64,000 nt of DNA from Takakia lepidozioides. Taxonomy: Eukaryota; Plantae; Bryophyta. The translations under genes were made by a program, and so were the position numbers. Of the stretch, positions 40,361 through 52,464 are shown one piece after another (positions within the stretch are counted from its first letter, which is position 1; every line of letters begins with the position of its first letter). The notes beneath the pieces are model-generated. The model saw only the letters and a list, made by a program, of their open reading frames with translations. It was not told where the DNA came from and searched no databases. Location: positions 82,708,001-82,772,000 of the forward strand of contig CM060731.1 of NCBI GenBank assembly GCA_030704615.1. Reading direction: 5' to 3'.

Positions 40361-40922
40361 AGTCTGTATAGCCTCTATCAGTCTGTCTGCCGCACAAAGC
40401 TACCCATGCAGGTTTCTTGTAGCTATTGATCCACAGGGAATCATAGGTAATCTTGTGCTTGAAATCTGGCCCTCTTGGATGAATCTGGACCCACACTCCA
40501 TCCCTGCTCCTTCAGCTATCCCTGCCTATGTACAAATCATGAATACATCATCAGCCTTGCTACTAGCAGCTGACACTAATGGCGTGAAGTTCTTCCAGCA
40601 AACACCCCAGCCCTACTTATTACAGTAGCACCCAACGATCTAACTTACATAATTCAATATGCATCTCAGGGCCAAGTCTGATGAGAGGGGAAAAACAGGC
40701 TGAATGAGGTCGAAGAAGAAGGAGCCCTCACCACATTGTCCTTGACCTTGTGGCGTGACCCATGGAGGATTTGAACGACCATCAACCCAAAAGGACCTCT
40801 TGTGTGTGCTGCTTGTGTCTGTAGTCAGGTAATGACGGATTGGTCTGTGAGAACCACCACGGTGCAGCTAAGCAGGCAGAGATTGAAACACGGCCTCGCA
40901 CATCTCTCCCGGTTTTCTTTTC

Positions 40923-40972
<50 letters not shown>

Positions 40973-41158
40973 CTGTTATGTTCGGGCAGCACGGGCAGAA
41001 TCCAAAAAAATTGACGACGACGAACGTGGCGACGATGACGTGGTGATGATGATGTGGCGACGATGACGAGGCACTATGGCACCCTATTCCTGCTCTACGC
41101 TAAACTAGCTTCCGACCTTCGGTCGTCGCTAGAACTACTTATACACATGTGTTCTAGG

Positions 41159-41292
41159 ACCTAGGTGTGATCTTGGGTTCAATCCTTCAACATGTGCCTT
41201 CAGACCGCCCATTGGGCCTCGATGGCCTGTGTGTTGAGCAGTAGGCTCTGTAAATTCACTGGACGTTAAAGAAACTTTATCTTTATCTTTAT
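41159..41292 (+). mobile_element. tRNA-derived SINE, 5'-truncated copy
   Basis: B box GGTTCAATCC, body nearly identical to 54312-54440, (CTTTAT)n tail. Confidence 0.75.
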
Positions 41293-43024
41293 GTCAACGG
41301 TTGCACCCCTACTGGCCGGGGTGAAAGATATGTCACGATATATCACTGTGAAGGGAACTAGAGATCACCGTCATCATCTCTTTGTTGTAATTTCACGTAG
41401 CAGAGAATTTCCCTCAAAAGAGTCGTGGAGCAAGCAGATTAACCTTTCTTTAACCCTCACTGGCTGAACCCTGTGTCATGAACTGAGGCGAAGAATACAG
41501 GATCCCGCGATTTTGTGAAAGCTGTATAAAACTAGAAATCTACAGTAAGAAAAAAAACGAATACACGTAGGTAAGAAGTCTTCACACACGCTGAACTCGC
41601 ACCAGAAGTCGACTACTTTCTCCAAAAGAACGCAGATCAACCGAGACGAATTTTTCTTTTATGCACAAGGGAGAGCAAAATGTACAGACAACATACATAA
41701 CAAGATTCTAAATCTGATCATACTAAGCTTCATAAGCACTCCATGGTTCGACCTTGCAAGCAGATCGGTCATCAGACGTAGAGAAAGTAAGAGGAACTCC
41801 ACTTCTCGTTAATGATCTTGGTTCTACGACATTAATATCTAAGACACCAAGACAACCGTCAACCATATCATACACTGTACATACACTACACACAGACAGA
41901 CAGGCGGCAAAAGAATTCAATCTTGCCATTACAACTTTCCAACTAAAACAACACGTCAACTTCAAAAATTAATATCTAAGGATCTTAGGCTCCAATTCTA
42001 CTGATTTTAGGTTCTATTGGGATTATTAGCTTTATTCTATGCTATCAACAAGAACTAGCATAGAAATCTTCCAAGAAACATATTCTAGAGCAGGTCAATT
42101 TTGTCTAAAAGAAATGAGAACCCTTTCCTACATGAAAAATGACAGTCCTCACATCTGCAATTGTTGTGCCAGTGTAAGAAAAACTGATTTCAAAAATTAA
42201 TTGCGGAAGATCCAAGGCTCTGATTTCACTAATTTCAGGTTGTATTGGGAGAATTATCATTATTCTTTGCTATCAAAAAGAAATAGTATGGAAATAGGTC
42301 AAGGGAACCCCACTAGAGCAGATCTATTTTGCCAACAAATGAGCAGAATCCTAAAGCTAAGGACTTGAGAAGCAACACAAGAATTGGACGTCCTACCAGC
42401 CCTTGTCTAGATTATTACACTTGACACCCCCAGAGGGTTGATCAGATCAAGTCATCACTTCACTCACGAAGCGGAAAGAACTATATACGATTGCAAATCT
42501 GGAACAAAATAGTTGTAACTTCGAGTCCATCGCTCACTACTACTGATTCTCTCTCCATCTTTGTGCTCTCCAACTCTAACGGCTGCCCTCTACTGTGCTC
42601 TCTACATCATGCTCGTCGCTCACTGGTAATCTCTCGATTGATACTACTGATACTGGCATTTCCCACTCCTCCAAGCCTCCTTTTATGTTTCTTTTGGGCC
42701 AATAGGAAAACTATGAATTAATCATTACATTTAATGGAAAACTTGTTAGCCAAGCAACCCTAGAAACTTCTGATTTCATCCATTCTGCTAGAGTTTCATC
42801 CATCCTACAATTTCATCCAGCTTGCGTTCTCTCATCCATTCGCTGATTTCATCCATTCTCATTCTTCCTTGTACTTTTCATTCATCCAGGGACATGACCA
42901 ACTTAAAGTTTGGTACATGACCAATCCGTTTTTAAGTCCTCATGAATGTTGCTCCTCATTCATGTTATTCATCCGTTTGGGAAATGGGATCGCTACCCTT
43001 GATCAGCCAATCATCCAATGGTCC

Positions 43025-43444
43025 TGTCATGGTTTTAGTCATGGTTATCTAGAATTACCTACTTCTAGTTAACTAGGACATTTTAGATATTTATATTTAT
43101 ATTTTGTGTGTTGGGACTTCATTTGGTCTCACATGCCAAGTGAAGTGTCGAGCCTCACTTGAGACATGGAGATAGGTTTTCCCCTTGTGAGTGTTGAGGA
43201 GGCTCATCTTCTTGTAGTTGAGCCTTCGTGAGCTTCTCTCACCTCCATAGCTCTAGGTATTGAGAGGGAGTGTGTTGAGGGCTTTGTAGGGTGAATTCCT
43301 TTAGCAAAGGTGCCCTTGGCTTGACTTAGTTTATGTGATAGAGTGGATTTCACTTGGAAGGACTAGGGCTTGTTCTTCATGTGATTGCTTCATGCTTTGA
43401 GAGCTTTCATTGTCTTCTACTTCTCTCATTTCTCATCTCTTATC
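43025..43444 (+). repeat. Terminal repeat A1 (420 bp)
   Basis: Direct repeat of 52465-52884 with about six mismatches counted by eye. Confidence 0.95.
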
Positions 43445-44940
43445 ACTACAAGAAGATCACCTTATGCTTGTGAGTGCGGAGTGTAAGGATTAGTTTTGTA
43501 CTTGTATTTTAAAGAGGTTGAGAGCTAGGAGAATTTAGCTCTTGTATCACAAGGCTTGCAAGGGGTTGCAAGGAAAGGTGCTCGAGTATTGCATGCACCA
43601 AGGAGTTGGAGAGCTTGAGAAGAAAGCTCTTGAGTCACAAGATTTTGCAAGGATTGTCAGGAGGAAGTCTTGTGTGTGTGAAAGCATGGATTCTAGGGTT
43701 TGAGAATCCTTTGTATGCATTATGGAGTCGATGGTGTGCGCCATGGCTTGTGGAGAGTGACTAAAGGTTTGTTAGTGCTCATTTCACTCTCAAACTAGGG
43801 TTAAGCAAGTTCAAAGTGTGGATGTTGTGGAAGAGAAGCCAAGGAGCTATATATGCTTGGGCTTGAAGACAACAAGGGCAAGCACTTGGAGAGCACTAAG
43901 AAGCTCAAGAGGTTTTGAAAGGGAGCATGTGAAAAATCATGGTGGTGTGGGGGCAAGCTTAGGGTGCCATTGGAAGGGCTTGGAGAACATGTGGTGGGAA
44001 ATCCTTGAAGGGAAATCATCATTCAATGTATGCATAGCTTCACCCTAACTATGTAATGTGACAAGATGGGGAGGCAATACTTGGCTATTCATGCTCTTGG
44101 TAGTGCGAGCTTTGTGGTGGATAGTTGACCAAGCAAGTGGTGCATGTGTGGAGCATGCTCGCTTGAGTTTGTAAGTTCAAGTTTGAGAATGGGAGCTCTT
44201 GAACTAGCAAGAGGTGAAGGCCTTTGAGATCCATTTGTGTGTGAAGTGGAGAGGTGTTGATTCATGTTATGATGAAGGAGAGCAACACATAGGCCAAGAG
44301 GTCATGAAACATGCATTCAAATGACCACGGGGAGCACATGGATGATGGATTGGTGCAAGACCCCAAATGAGGCATATGGCGTGAGAGTGAGATCCAAGGC
44401 GGATTGCTTGGGAGCATTATTGTAAGTGACAAGCATTGCTCCTACACATTGAGATAATTTGTGTTGATTTGGAGCAATTGTCAAGTGATGAGGAGACAAA
44501 TGCATGATTGCTCGGCAATGGAGATATGGTAGTTTGCAATCAAATCCCAAGGACTAGAAGGAGGATTGATTTGGTGGACAATGACTTGCAAGTTGAGTTG
44601 GACCACTCTTGGTTGCACATTGGGGTGGAAGAGAGCAAGAAGATGCCTCTTATGACCACCTAGAGACCATATTTTTGCTTGAGTAGAAGCATAGAAGTCA
44701 AGGACTTACATTCTAGCTCTTCATTACAAACCCTAGTAGTGTATGCTCAGACTATACCTCTGTTAGTATACCAAACAGGAGCTTGTCCCTTTGACTATAC
44801 CTTTGTTGAGGTATCACCATATGTGAACCCTAATGTGAGACTATACCTCTGTTAGTAGGTTCTTTACCCGGTTACCTTGTAGAAAGTGGGGATTAGAGAC
44901 AGGTTGACAACCGGTTGGGTTGTGAGTTTTCATCACGGAG

Positions 44941-46300
44941 GTGCCACCAGCTGCTGAGGGGAGTGCCGGTACGAGCACCAGCAATACTAGTGGGTACACA
45001 AGACAAGGTGTGCGGTTTAGGCCACTTTCACCTTCAGTGTCTTCTGAGGAAGGTTCAGACTCGGAGTCAGGAGGATTCTCGCCGAGGGTGCAAGTCATTT
45101 CTATGCCATTGTTGTGGGACACAATGGAGAAGATGTATGGAGCTACCAAGGGGCCACGTAGGTACTCTGGAGCTGTGGGCACCATCGAGCTTGATGACTT
45201 TATACAAGAGTTTGACAGTTGGTGTGATTTGCAGCAAATGCGCAATCCACAACTGTTTACGCCCTTTATGGCATGGAAGGGGCTATTCCAGCACCTTGAG
45301 GGGCCGCCCATGGATGATTACCATGAATTTAGGCGGGGACATGCAGTGGAGATTGAAGAGTGGCGAGAGTATTGGTCACCTAACTATGTCTCAATCACTA
45401 GAGGCACAAGGGCAGCGGTGACACCAGCAGCTACACAAACATCTCCAACTACAAGCACTAGTAGTGGAACAAGTAGTGCCGGCACTTCTGCAGGTGGTAC
45501 CAGTTCAAAAGGTGCTACTACTCCTCCTGCCACAATTACAACACATGTGCCTAGATCCAACCCGGTGGTGGAGTTCTTCCAGGAGTTGCGGAGGAACTAC
45601 CAAGGTGTACGGACAGAGAAGCTGCGAAGTTTGCAAGACTTCCAGCGCAAATCCAGTGAGAGCTTGCGAGAGGCCTACAGTCGTATGAGGCGCTTGATAA
45701 GTGTGACCCAAGGGGTTACTGAAGCTCAGGCAGTCCAGTTCTGGTATGGAATTTTGGACAAGGAGCTAAGAGAAGGGTGCGGGATGCAACCCTGTTACAA
45801 GCGGCCCAACCCACATTAGCGGATGTGTTTCTGCTGGCTTAGCGGATTGAGCTCAACATGGTGGAGGAGCGAGTTGTTACCATTGGATTTGGCAAGGACA
45901 TGCCTGCACGAGGTGCAGCTACCAGCCAACAGGTACAAGGGACTGCCCAACAGCGTGGTCAGGGGCAAGGTTGCCCAACCCAAGTTCCATGGAGCTTACA
46001 GGGGACCTCAGGTGCAGAGGCCCGTGGCATCTTTTGCAGGCCAACAGCAACCAGGGGTGATATGTTGGACATGTGGAGGACCCCATGTCAAGAGAGATTG
46101 CCCAGAGAGTGGCAGAAGGTCGGCACAAGCACAACCTGCACAGTTGCAGTGTGGGCATTGTGGCAAGTATGGGCATGGAGATGCCCAGTGTTATGACTTG
46201 CACCCTGAGTTGCAGCAGGCCAAGGGCAAGCTCAACATGGCCAAGGACGCGGAGGTCAGGGTGTTGACCAAGACATGGCCAACCGGCTTCAGCAGCTAGA
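44941..46300 (+). pseudogene. Retrotransposon gag with two zinc knuckles (frameshifted)
   Basis: ELDDFIQEFDSW, QRKSSESLREAYSRMRRL, CWTCGGPHVKRDC, CGHCGKYGHGDAQC. Confidence 0.85.
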
Positions 46301-46969
46301 GCACAGGCTCGCTGCCATGGCTACAGCTCAGGTGGTACCGGCTCCCAGGCGGGATGGTCCACCTCCTGCTCCTGAGGGAGGAGATATGGGAGGCATGGGA
46401 TTCATGTGCGGAGCAGCACTACCACTAGTGCAGGTGGAGTCTGCTGCAGCCGTGACTCGAGGAGCAGCACGAGTTCCTGAGCCACGAGGTGCAGAGGTGG
46501 AATTGGATCCACAGCGTAGGGAGGCAAGCCGTCAGGCGAGGCTTCCTCAGTCATTCACATTGGCAGAGACAATGTCGACGCCATCCATGGCACCTAGTTC
46601 TCGCCCGACTGTTACCGAGGCGGAGGTTACTATGCCATTGGGGAGAGCTACACGTGCAGCACTTACACCTGCTACCAAGGCTAGTGCAGCCGGTGTGTTA
46701 TTGGGGGCAGCCACCTCTGTGTATCAAGCCCCACTGTTCTCGGCAACCATGATTGCGACGCCGGGGGTAAGACCAGCTGCAATGTTCAGACTAGCAGCAA
46801 CACTCTGCGAGAGTGGGGAGGTAACTTCATCTTCTATGGAGTTACTGGAAGGTGTAGTGGCAGAGGGATCCTCGGATTTGAGGGTCAAGACTGCCACGGC
46901 TGCGCCATGGCAAGCTGCAGCTGCCAGGTTGACGGAGCTGCCAGCTAGGCCAGCCTTTGAGCGCGCCAT

Positions 46970-47420
46970 GGTGACACCTGGAGTTGTCTTGTTAGACAAC
47001 CAGGGAGGCATTTTCACTTTGAGTGGACCGGCAGGCAAGAAGTACCGGCCACTGCGGGTCTTGTTGGATTCAGGAGCTCAGCCACTGATGTTGGGCAGAG
47101 CTGCTATTGCAGGTTTGGGCCTCATGGAGGCGGATATGGAGCCTTATCATTTCCAGATACAGACATCTCTGGGAGGATCAGAGTAGGCTCAGGGCATGAC
47201 ACGGCGTGAGTTGGCCATTGGACTACAACCAGATCATCCTATAGATGGCTCAGTGATGCGAGCCAAGGCCATTGTGATAGATGCGGCCTCTTACGATGTC
47301 CTTGTTGGTGGGGCAGTGTTATATCCCATGGGCTTCACCCTGGACTTTTGGGAGGAGTCAGCATCCTACAGGCCTGGATGGCAGTCAGGGGATGGTCGTT
47401 GTGCACAGCTCCCTGTGACA
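46970..47420 (+). pseudogene. Retropepsin (aspartic protease) region of pol
   Basis: VLLDSGAQ catalytic motif and SYDVLVGG..L downstream. Confidence 0.8.
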
Positions 47421-47781
47421 TTCATTGGGGGTATTGCGGCTGCCCAGCGGGGCAAGATGCCAACACTAGCCGCCTTTACAGCTGCAGTTAGTGGCCTGGA
47501 GAGTTGCTGGAAGGCAATGCCCATGCAGAGGATGTGCCACCTCCAGCAGAGTAGGATGATATGCATGGTACGGCGGAGTTGCCTGCCATGGTTGCTCACA
47601 CTCCATTATGGGGTACGAGCAAGGATTTGCAGCAGGCTGCTGATGGACGGGTACAACAAGCCTGGGTAGAGGCCTTCGTACCGTCAGGAGAAGAGGAGAG
47701 TGCGATGATTGCACCAGGACCACCTCAGTTGTCGTCACTAGACACCACACCTCTTGTGTGGCAGTGCCCGGATGAAGGCAT

Positions 47782-48720
47782 ATGCTTCTGGACTTGTTTG
47801 GCGGGATCAGCACTGGATTGGCTGCAGTACTGCAGGCATGTGTACGAGTTTGACGTTACCTGTATGTGGAGAGGGATGAGACTGCACGACGCGTCTCAAT
47901 GCGCCATGTTGCTACCCTGATTTGTTGCCAGTGTCTACAGTTCGTGGATACCAACAAGCCTTGCCAGCAGACATTTCGTTGCCGGGGGCGCATGATTTGG
48001 AGCAGGTTGGCTTCATTGATCTGGTAGTGGCAGGTTGGCCCTGCCAAGGGCATTCATCAGCCGGGCGTGGCAATGGATTGCGAGACTTGAGGACGGGTCT
48101 GTTTTGGGAGATGGTGCGGATTTTGCGCCACTTGCAGCTTCATCAAGCTGTATCTCCAGCATACATCTTGGAGAATGTGCCACTGATGGGTGATTTTTGG
48201 GCCAGGGTGATGGCCAGTGTGCATCAAGTCCGGTCGTGGCTTGGGTCAGCAGTGTTGCTGGATGCAGCTGCAGTGGGGTCATGGGCTCATCGTCCACGGC
48301 TATGGTGGACTAACTTGATGCCACCCGCATTGCTCAAGCGTGCATTTGATGGGGTGCAGCGGCCAGCACACCTCACAGTGGATAGCATTTTGGACACAGG
48401 GAGGCAGTCTCAACGTGTGAGACATGATGACCGTTCGCCTTTGGCAGTGGTCAATAGGGTGGGTCAACCACGAGCAGCATTACCTACACTGCTCAGCTTC
48501 CCAGGATCCCATGCTTTTCGGGATGGTGGACCTGGCCTCTTGTGGGATAGCCAGTTGCAACAATTAGTGGAGCCCAATGCTGACGAGCGCGAGCAGGCGA
48601 TGGATTTTACCACAGGTACCACGGCGGTGCCATCTCTTTCTAAGGCATCACGTCGTCAGGTGTTGGGGCAAGCAATGGATCTCAATTGCTTGACCTGGAT
48701 TATCAGCTTGGCTATGGCTG
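47782..48720 (+). pseudogene. DNA (cytosine-5) methyltransferase domain embedded in pol
   Basis: Motif I LDLFGGISTG and II YVERD (read from sequence at 47782-47880, one TGA), IV IDLVVAGWPCQGHS, VI YILENV, VIII HRPRLWWTN, IX EREQAMDF, X RRQVLGQAM, in canonical order. Confidence 0.92.
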
Positions 48721-49216
48721 AGCAGCGCAGAGTACGGAGTACACTTCCCTTCATGGTCTCCCTGCCTATCGAGACGGTACAAGCAGCGAATGGGGGCGAG
48801 CAGGTGAGGACCACGAGGTGCAGGCTGCATCCATGGCACACGTGGGAGGTGCTCGAGGTTCAGAAGGAGTTGGCAGCCAAGGCGGCGGTGATGGATCAGG
48901 TTGGGGATTTTTCTCGGATTGAGGAGGTCCTCAAGCATGGGATGATGGGACAAAATGAGACATTGTCACTGACAGAGGAGGCAGTGGTCACTGCTCAAGA
49001 GGTTGCAGCATAGCAACCACGGGACGCGTCTTCTACCTCTAAGCCTGTTGGACTCAAGGTTGCAGTCACGGAGGACAACTGGGAGCCTGATGTTGGACCT
49101 ATAGTCACCGGAGGAGAGAGACGACGTATACGGCGGTTCATGAGGGCTTACAAGAACTGCTTTGCCTTCAGTTTGAGGACTTAGGAGCACTGAAGGGTCA
49201 AGAGATTCGCATTGAA

Positions 49217-50582
49217 TTGGCTACTGACACGCCAATCTTTCGGAGACCCTATAGATACAGTGACATGGAGAGGTCCTTGATTCAGATGAGAACTCAGGAC
49301 CTTTGGGAGGCTGGTTTGGTGGAGCTATCTGGGGGAGAGTATGCTTCAGCCACAGTGATGCCATCCAAGAAGGATGTCTATGGCAATTGGACGGAGAGAC
49401 GTATGTGCGGTGATTACCGACCTGTAAATCGTCAGACCAAGTTCGATAGGTATGCTATGCCAACACCAGAGGAGATCTTTGATGCCATTGGGCATGCCAA
49501 GGTCTTTAGCACTTTGGATTTACGATCCGAATATCACCAGTTGCCGATCAAGGAGGCGGATAAGCAGAAGACGACATTCTGGGGGATCAATGAGCACGGG
49601 AAGGATTGCCTATACCAGTGGCGGTTCTTACCATTTGGGCTTAAAAACGCTCCTGCAGAGTTTCAAAGAGTCATGGACAGGATTCTAGCAGGGGTGGAGT
49701 TTGCTCGGTGCTACATAGATGACATCATCATCTTTAGTGCTACGGTGGAGGAGCATGAGAGATACCTTCAGGGGGTATTTGAGCGCTTGAGGGCGCACGG
49801 ATTGAAGTTACATCCGGGAAAGTGCAAGTTTTTCCACAACCAGATTGAGTATCTGGGTCACATGATATATCCTGGAGGATTGGGGGTACAACAGACTAAG
49901 GTAGAGTCCATTGCACAGATTCCACGCCCCACGGATGTGAGCTGGGTTCGAGCTTTCATGGGGTTAGCAAATTATTATAGACGGTTTGTTAAGGGATTTA
50001 GTGTCATTGCAAAGGCTCTAACCAAACTAACCAAGGTGGACCAGGAGTGGCAGTGGGAAGACGAGCAAGAACAAGCTTTTCAAGAGCTCAAGGCAAGGTT
50101 GACCTCGGCGCCCATCTTGAGACGACCAATCAGGGGGGCGTCTTTTTCAGTTGCATACAGATTGGAGCATGCTGGGGCTTGGAGCGGTGCTCACACAGGT
50201 GGATGATGAGGGAAGAGAGTTCGTAGTGGCTTATGCTAGCCGCTCGAACAACGCTGCAGAGTCTAAGTATAGCTCATATGAGGGAGAATGCTTAGTTGCA
50301 GTGTGGGCCGTGGCACACTTCAGGTGCTATCTATACGGCAATCTCTTCACCCTTGTCACGGATCACCAACCACTCAAGTGGTTGATGGAGTCAGACAAGC
50401 TTACGGGGAAGCTTGCACGGTGGGCACTCATCCTTCAAGAGTATGACTTTCAGGTGGTGCATCGACCGGGTTTGGTCAATCGCAATGCAGATAGGTTGAG
50501 TCGCAATCCATGCACGAGCCAGCAGGATGACACTGGAGCTCGGTGGCATGGTGAGACGGACAAGGAGATGGTGCCCAGATGA
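49217..50582 (+). pseudogene. Ty3/Gypsy reverse transcriptase and RNase H
   Basis: RMCGDYRPVN, FSTLDL, LPFGLKNAPAEFQ, YIDD; HTDWS..GLGAVLTQ, YSSYEGECL, TDHQPL, NADRLSR. Confidence 0.95.
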
Positions 50583-50809
50583 CATGCATCTGCATTTCTG
50601 TGTATCTTGGCAGCGGAAGGCCAGGTTGGACCTGCAACAGGGATGACTGTAGATCAAGTGTCTGAGGACCCTGAGGCCAACAATGAGCAAGGTGGCGCCA
50701 AAGATATACATGAGGATTCAGTTGTGTTGGACTACCTCCGCACTGGAGACACTACAGCCACTGTGACTGCCCCAAGAGGTTCAAGTGGGAGGGGACACAC
50801 CTGCTCCGA

Positions 50810-51950
50810 GTGTGGGAGGATGGTCGAGTGAGGATTGTGCCTCACCCAACACAGCGGGCACGGTTAGTGCGGCATGCCCATGAGGAGTTGGGGCATTTTG
50901 GGGTGCGACGCACTCATAGTCTACTGCAGGGGCAGTATTGGTGGCGTGGTATGCACACAGAGGTGCAACAATTTGTGGCTAGGTGCATGGTGTGTGACAG
51001 GGTGCGTGCTTCATTCAACGCCCCTACTCCACAATTGCACCTCTTCCGATCATGGGATTGGGCTACAGGTGGAGTCTTGACTTCGCAGGGCCGTTGCCAC
51101 TGACCATGCGCCACAACAAGTACGTGTTGGTGATGGTGGAGCACTTCTCCAAGTGGATTGAATTGGTTCCATTGCCCGATAAGGCTAGTGAGGGAGCTGC
51201 GTATGCATTCTTGGATTGTGTGCTTAGCCAATTCGGTGCTCCAGCTGAGGTACTCATGGACCAAGGGAGAGAGTTCTTGGGGGAGTTTCAGGCTTTGTGT
51301 GACAAGGCCTTGATAGACCACCGCACCACTTCTCGGGATCATCCTGAGGCCGATGGCTTGGCAGAGAGAGTTGTTCAGACAGTAAAGAGGGGTTTGCGCA
51401 AGTATGGCTTGCAGAAGGGACACCTAGGAGATTGGGACCTTCAGTTACCCTGGTTAGCCATGGGCTACAGGTTCAGCAAGCAAGCATCACTTGCCTCCTT
51501 CTCACCATATTTTCTTCTCTTTGGCCGAGAGCCGGATTTGCCTACATCCATTCGCAGAGAAGCTGCTACAGTTCTTAACCTTGACGATCCGGACATGTGG
51601 GCACGTGCATGTGAGTAGCGTGCAGAGTTGTTCAAGAAAGTCATGCCCATGGCTTTCGAGAACCTTGCCATTGCACAACATCGTGATACGTTGAGGTATG
51701 CTACCATACGTGGTGGGGGCTATCGTCTTGGGGTTCGGAGATTCAACCCTGGTGACTATGTTTATCTGCAGCAGACTGCTCCTACGACCTTGGATGTGAC
51801 TGTAGGACGTACTATTTTGAAGGTTCGAGAGGTGTTGCCCTCAGGAGTCCTGATCTTGGAGGGTCAGGATAGCATGATTTGGAAGGACCATGTGCGTAAT
51901 TGCGTGCCATGTCACCTTCCAAATGTTGATGGAAGGGTTGACCCAAACCT
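50810..51950 (+). pseudogene. DDE integrase
   Basis: HHCC (HEELGH..CMVC), WSLDFAG, DQGREF, GLAERVVQT, SPYFLLFG. Confidence 0.93.
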
Positions 51951-51975
51951 AGCAGCGGTACTTACAAGTTTGAGG

Positions 51976-52119
51976 TGCATGTTGTGTGGGTTTGCTAGAG
52001 AGGCAGCCACCATGCTGGTGTGTGATCAATGCTCTAGAGGTTGGCATATGGGATGCTTGACTCCACCTCTTGAGATGGTTCCTGATGGGGATTGGTTATG
52101 TCCGCATTGCATTGGATAG
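51976..52119 (+). other. PHD finger at the pol C-terminus
   Basis: CMLC..MLVCDQCSRGWHMGCLTPPLEMVPDGDWLCPHC is a C4HC3 pattern. Confidence 0.92.
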
Positions 52120-52377
52120 TGGGAGTGGATACAACCATGGAAGGCTAACAAGAAATGCAAGGCCAAGCTACTAGGACACCAACACACGAGATCCTGACTC
52201 AAGTTCACAGATTGCAAGACGGCAACTAACGATGGGGTTGCTCTTGTACCCGGCCTCTTGGTCTATAGAATTTGAGTACAATAGGGACAGTGATAGAGGA
52301 CTTAGTACGGCTGTGGCTATTACATCTTGTAGCTATCTGGAGTTAGAGGGACCTAACCACCAGCTAGGGGGGGCGAT

Positions 52378-52462
52378 TGTGGTATAGCTTTCTAGGATTG
52401 TGTGCTTAGATTGTGTGGTGGACAGCAATGTATGTTGTGGCACGATGCTTAGGTGCACGACA
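52378..52462 (+). repeat. Repeat B1 (85 bp, TG..CA), preceded by polypurine tract AGGGGGGGCGAT
   Basis: Identical to 52888-52972 except one base. Confidence 0.95.
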
Positions 52463-52464
52463 GC

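Larger units (their letters stand above)
35525..41138. mobile_element. Non-autonomous element with inverted ends carrying captured gene fragments (Pack-type TIR element, or two inverted copies of a gene-capturing element)
   Basis: Left end TTCTAGCGACGGCTGAAGGTCGGAGACTAGTTTAGCGTAGAGCAGGAATACGGTGCCATA is the near reverse complement of 41065-41134; similarity continues to about 35672/40889. No TSD or transposase seen. Confidence 0.7.

Noticed and set aside
47782-48720. Bacterial restriction-modification gene or contamination
   Set aside because: The methyltransferase is collinear with the pol domains inside the element termini, has no partner endonuclease, and the window contains intron-bearing plant genes.
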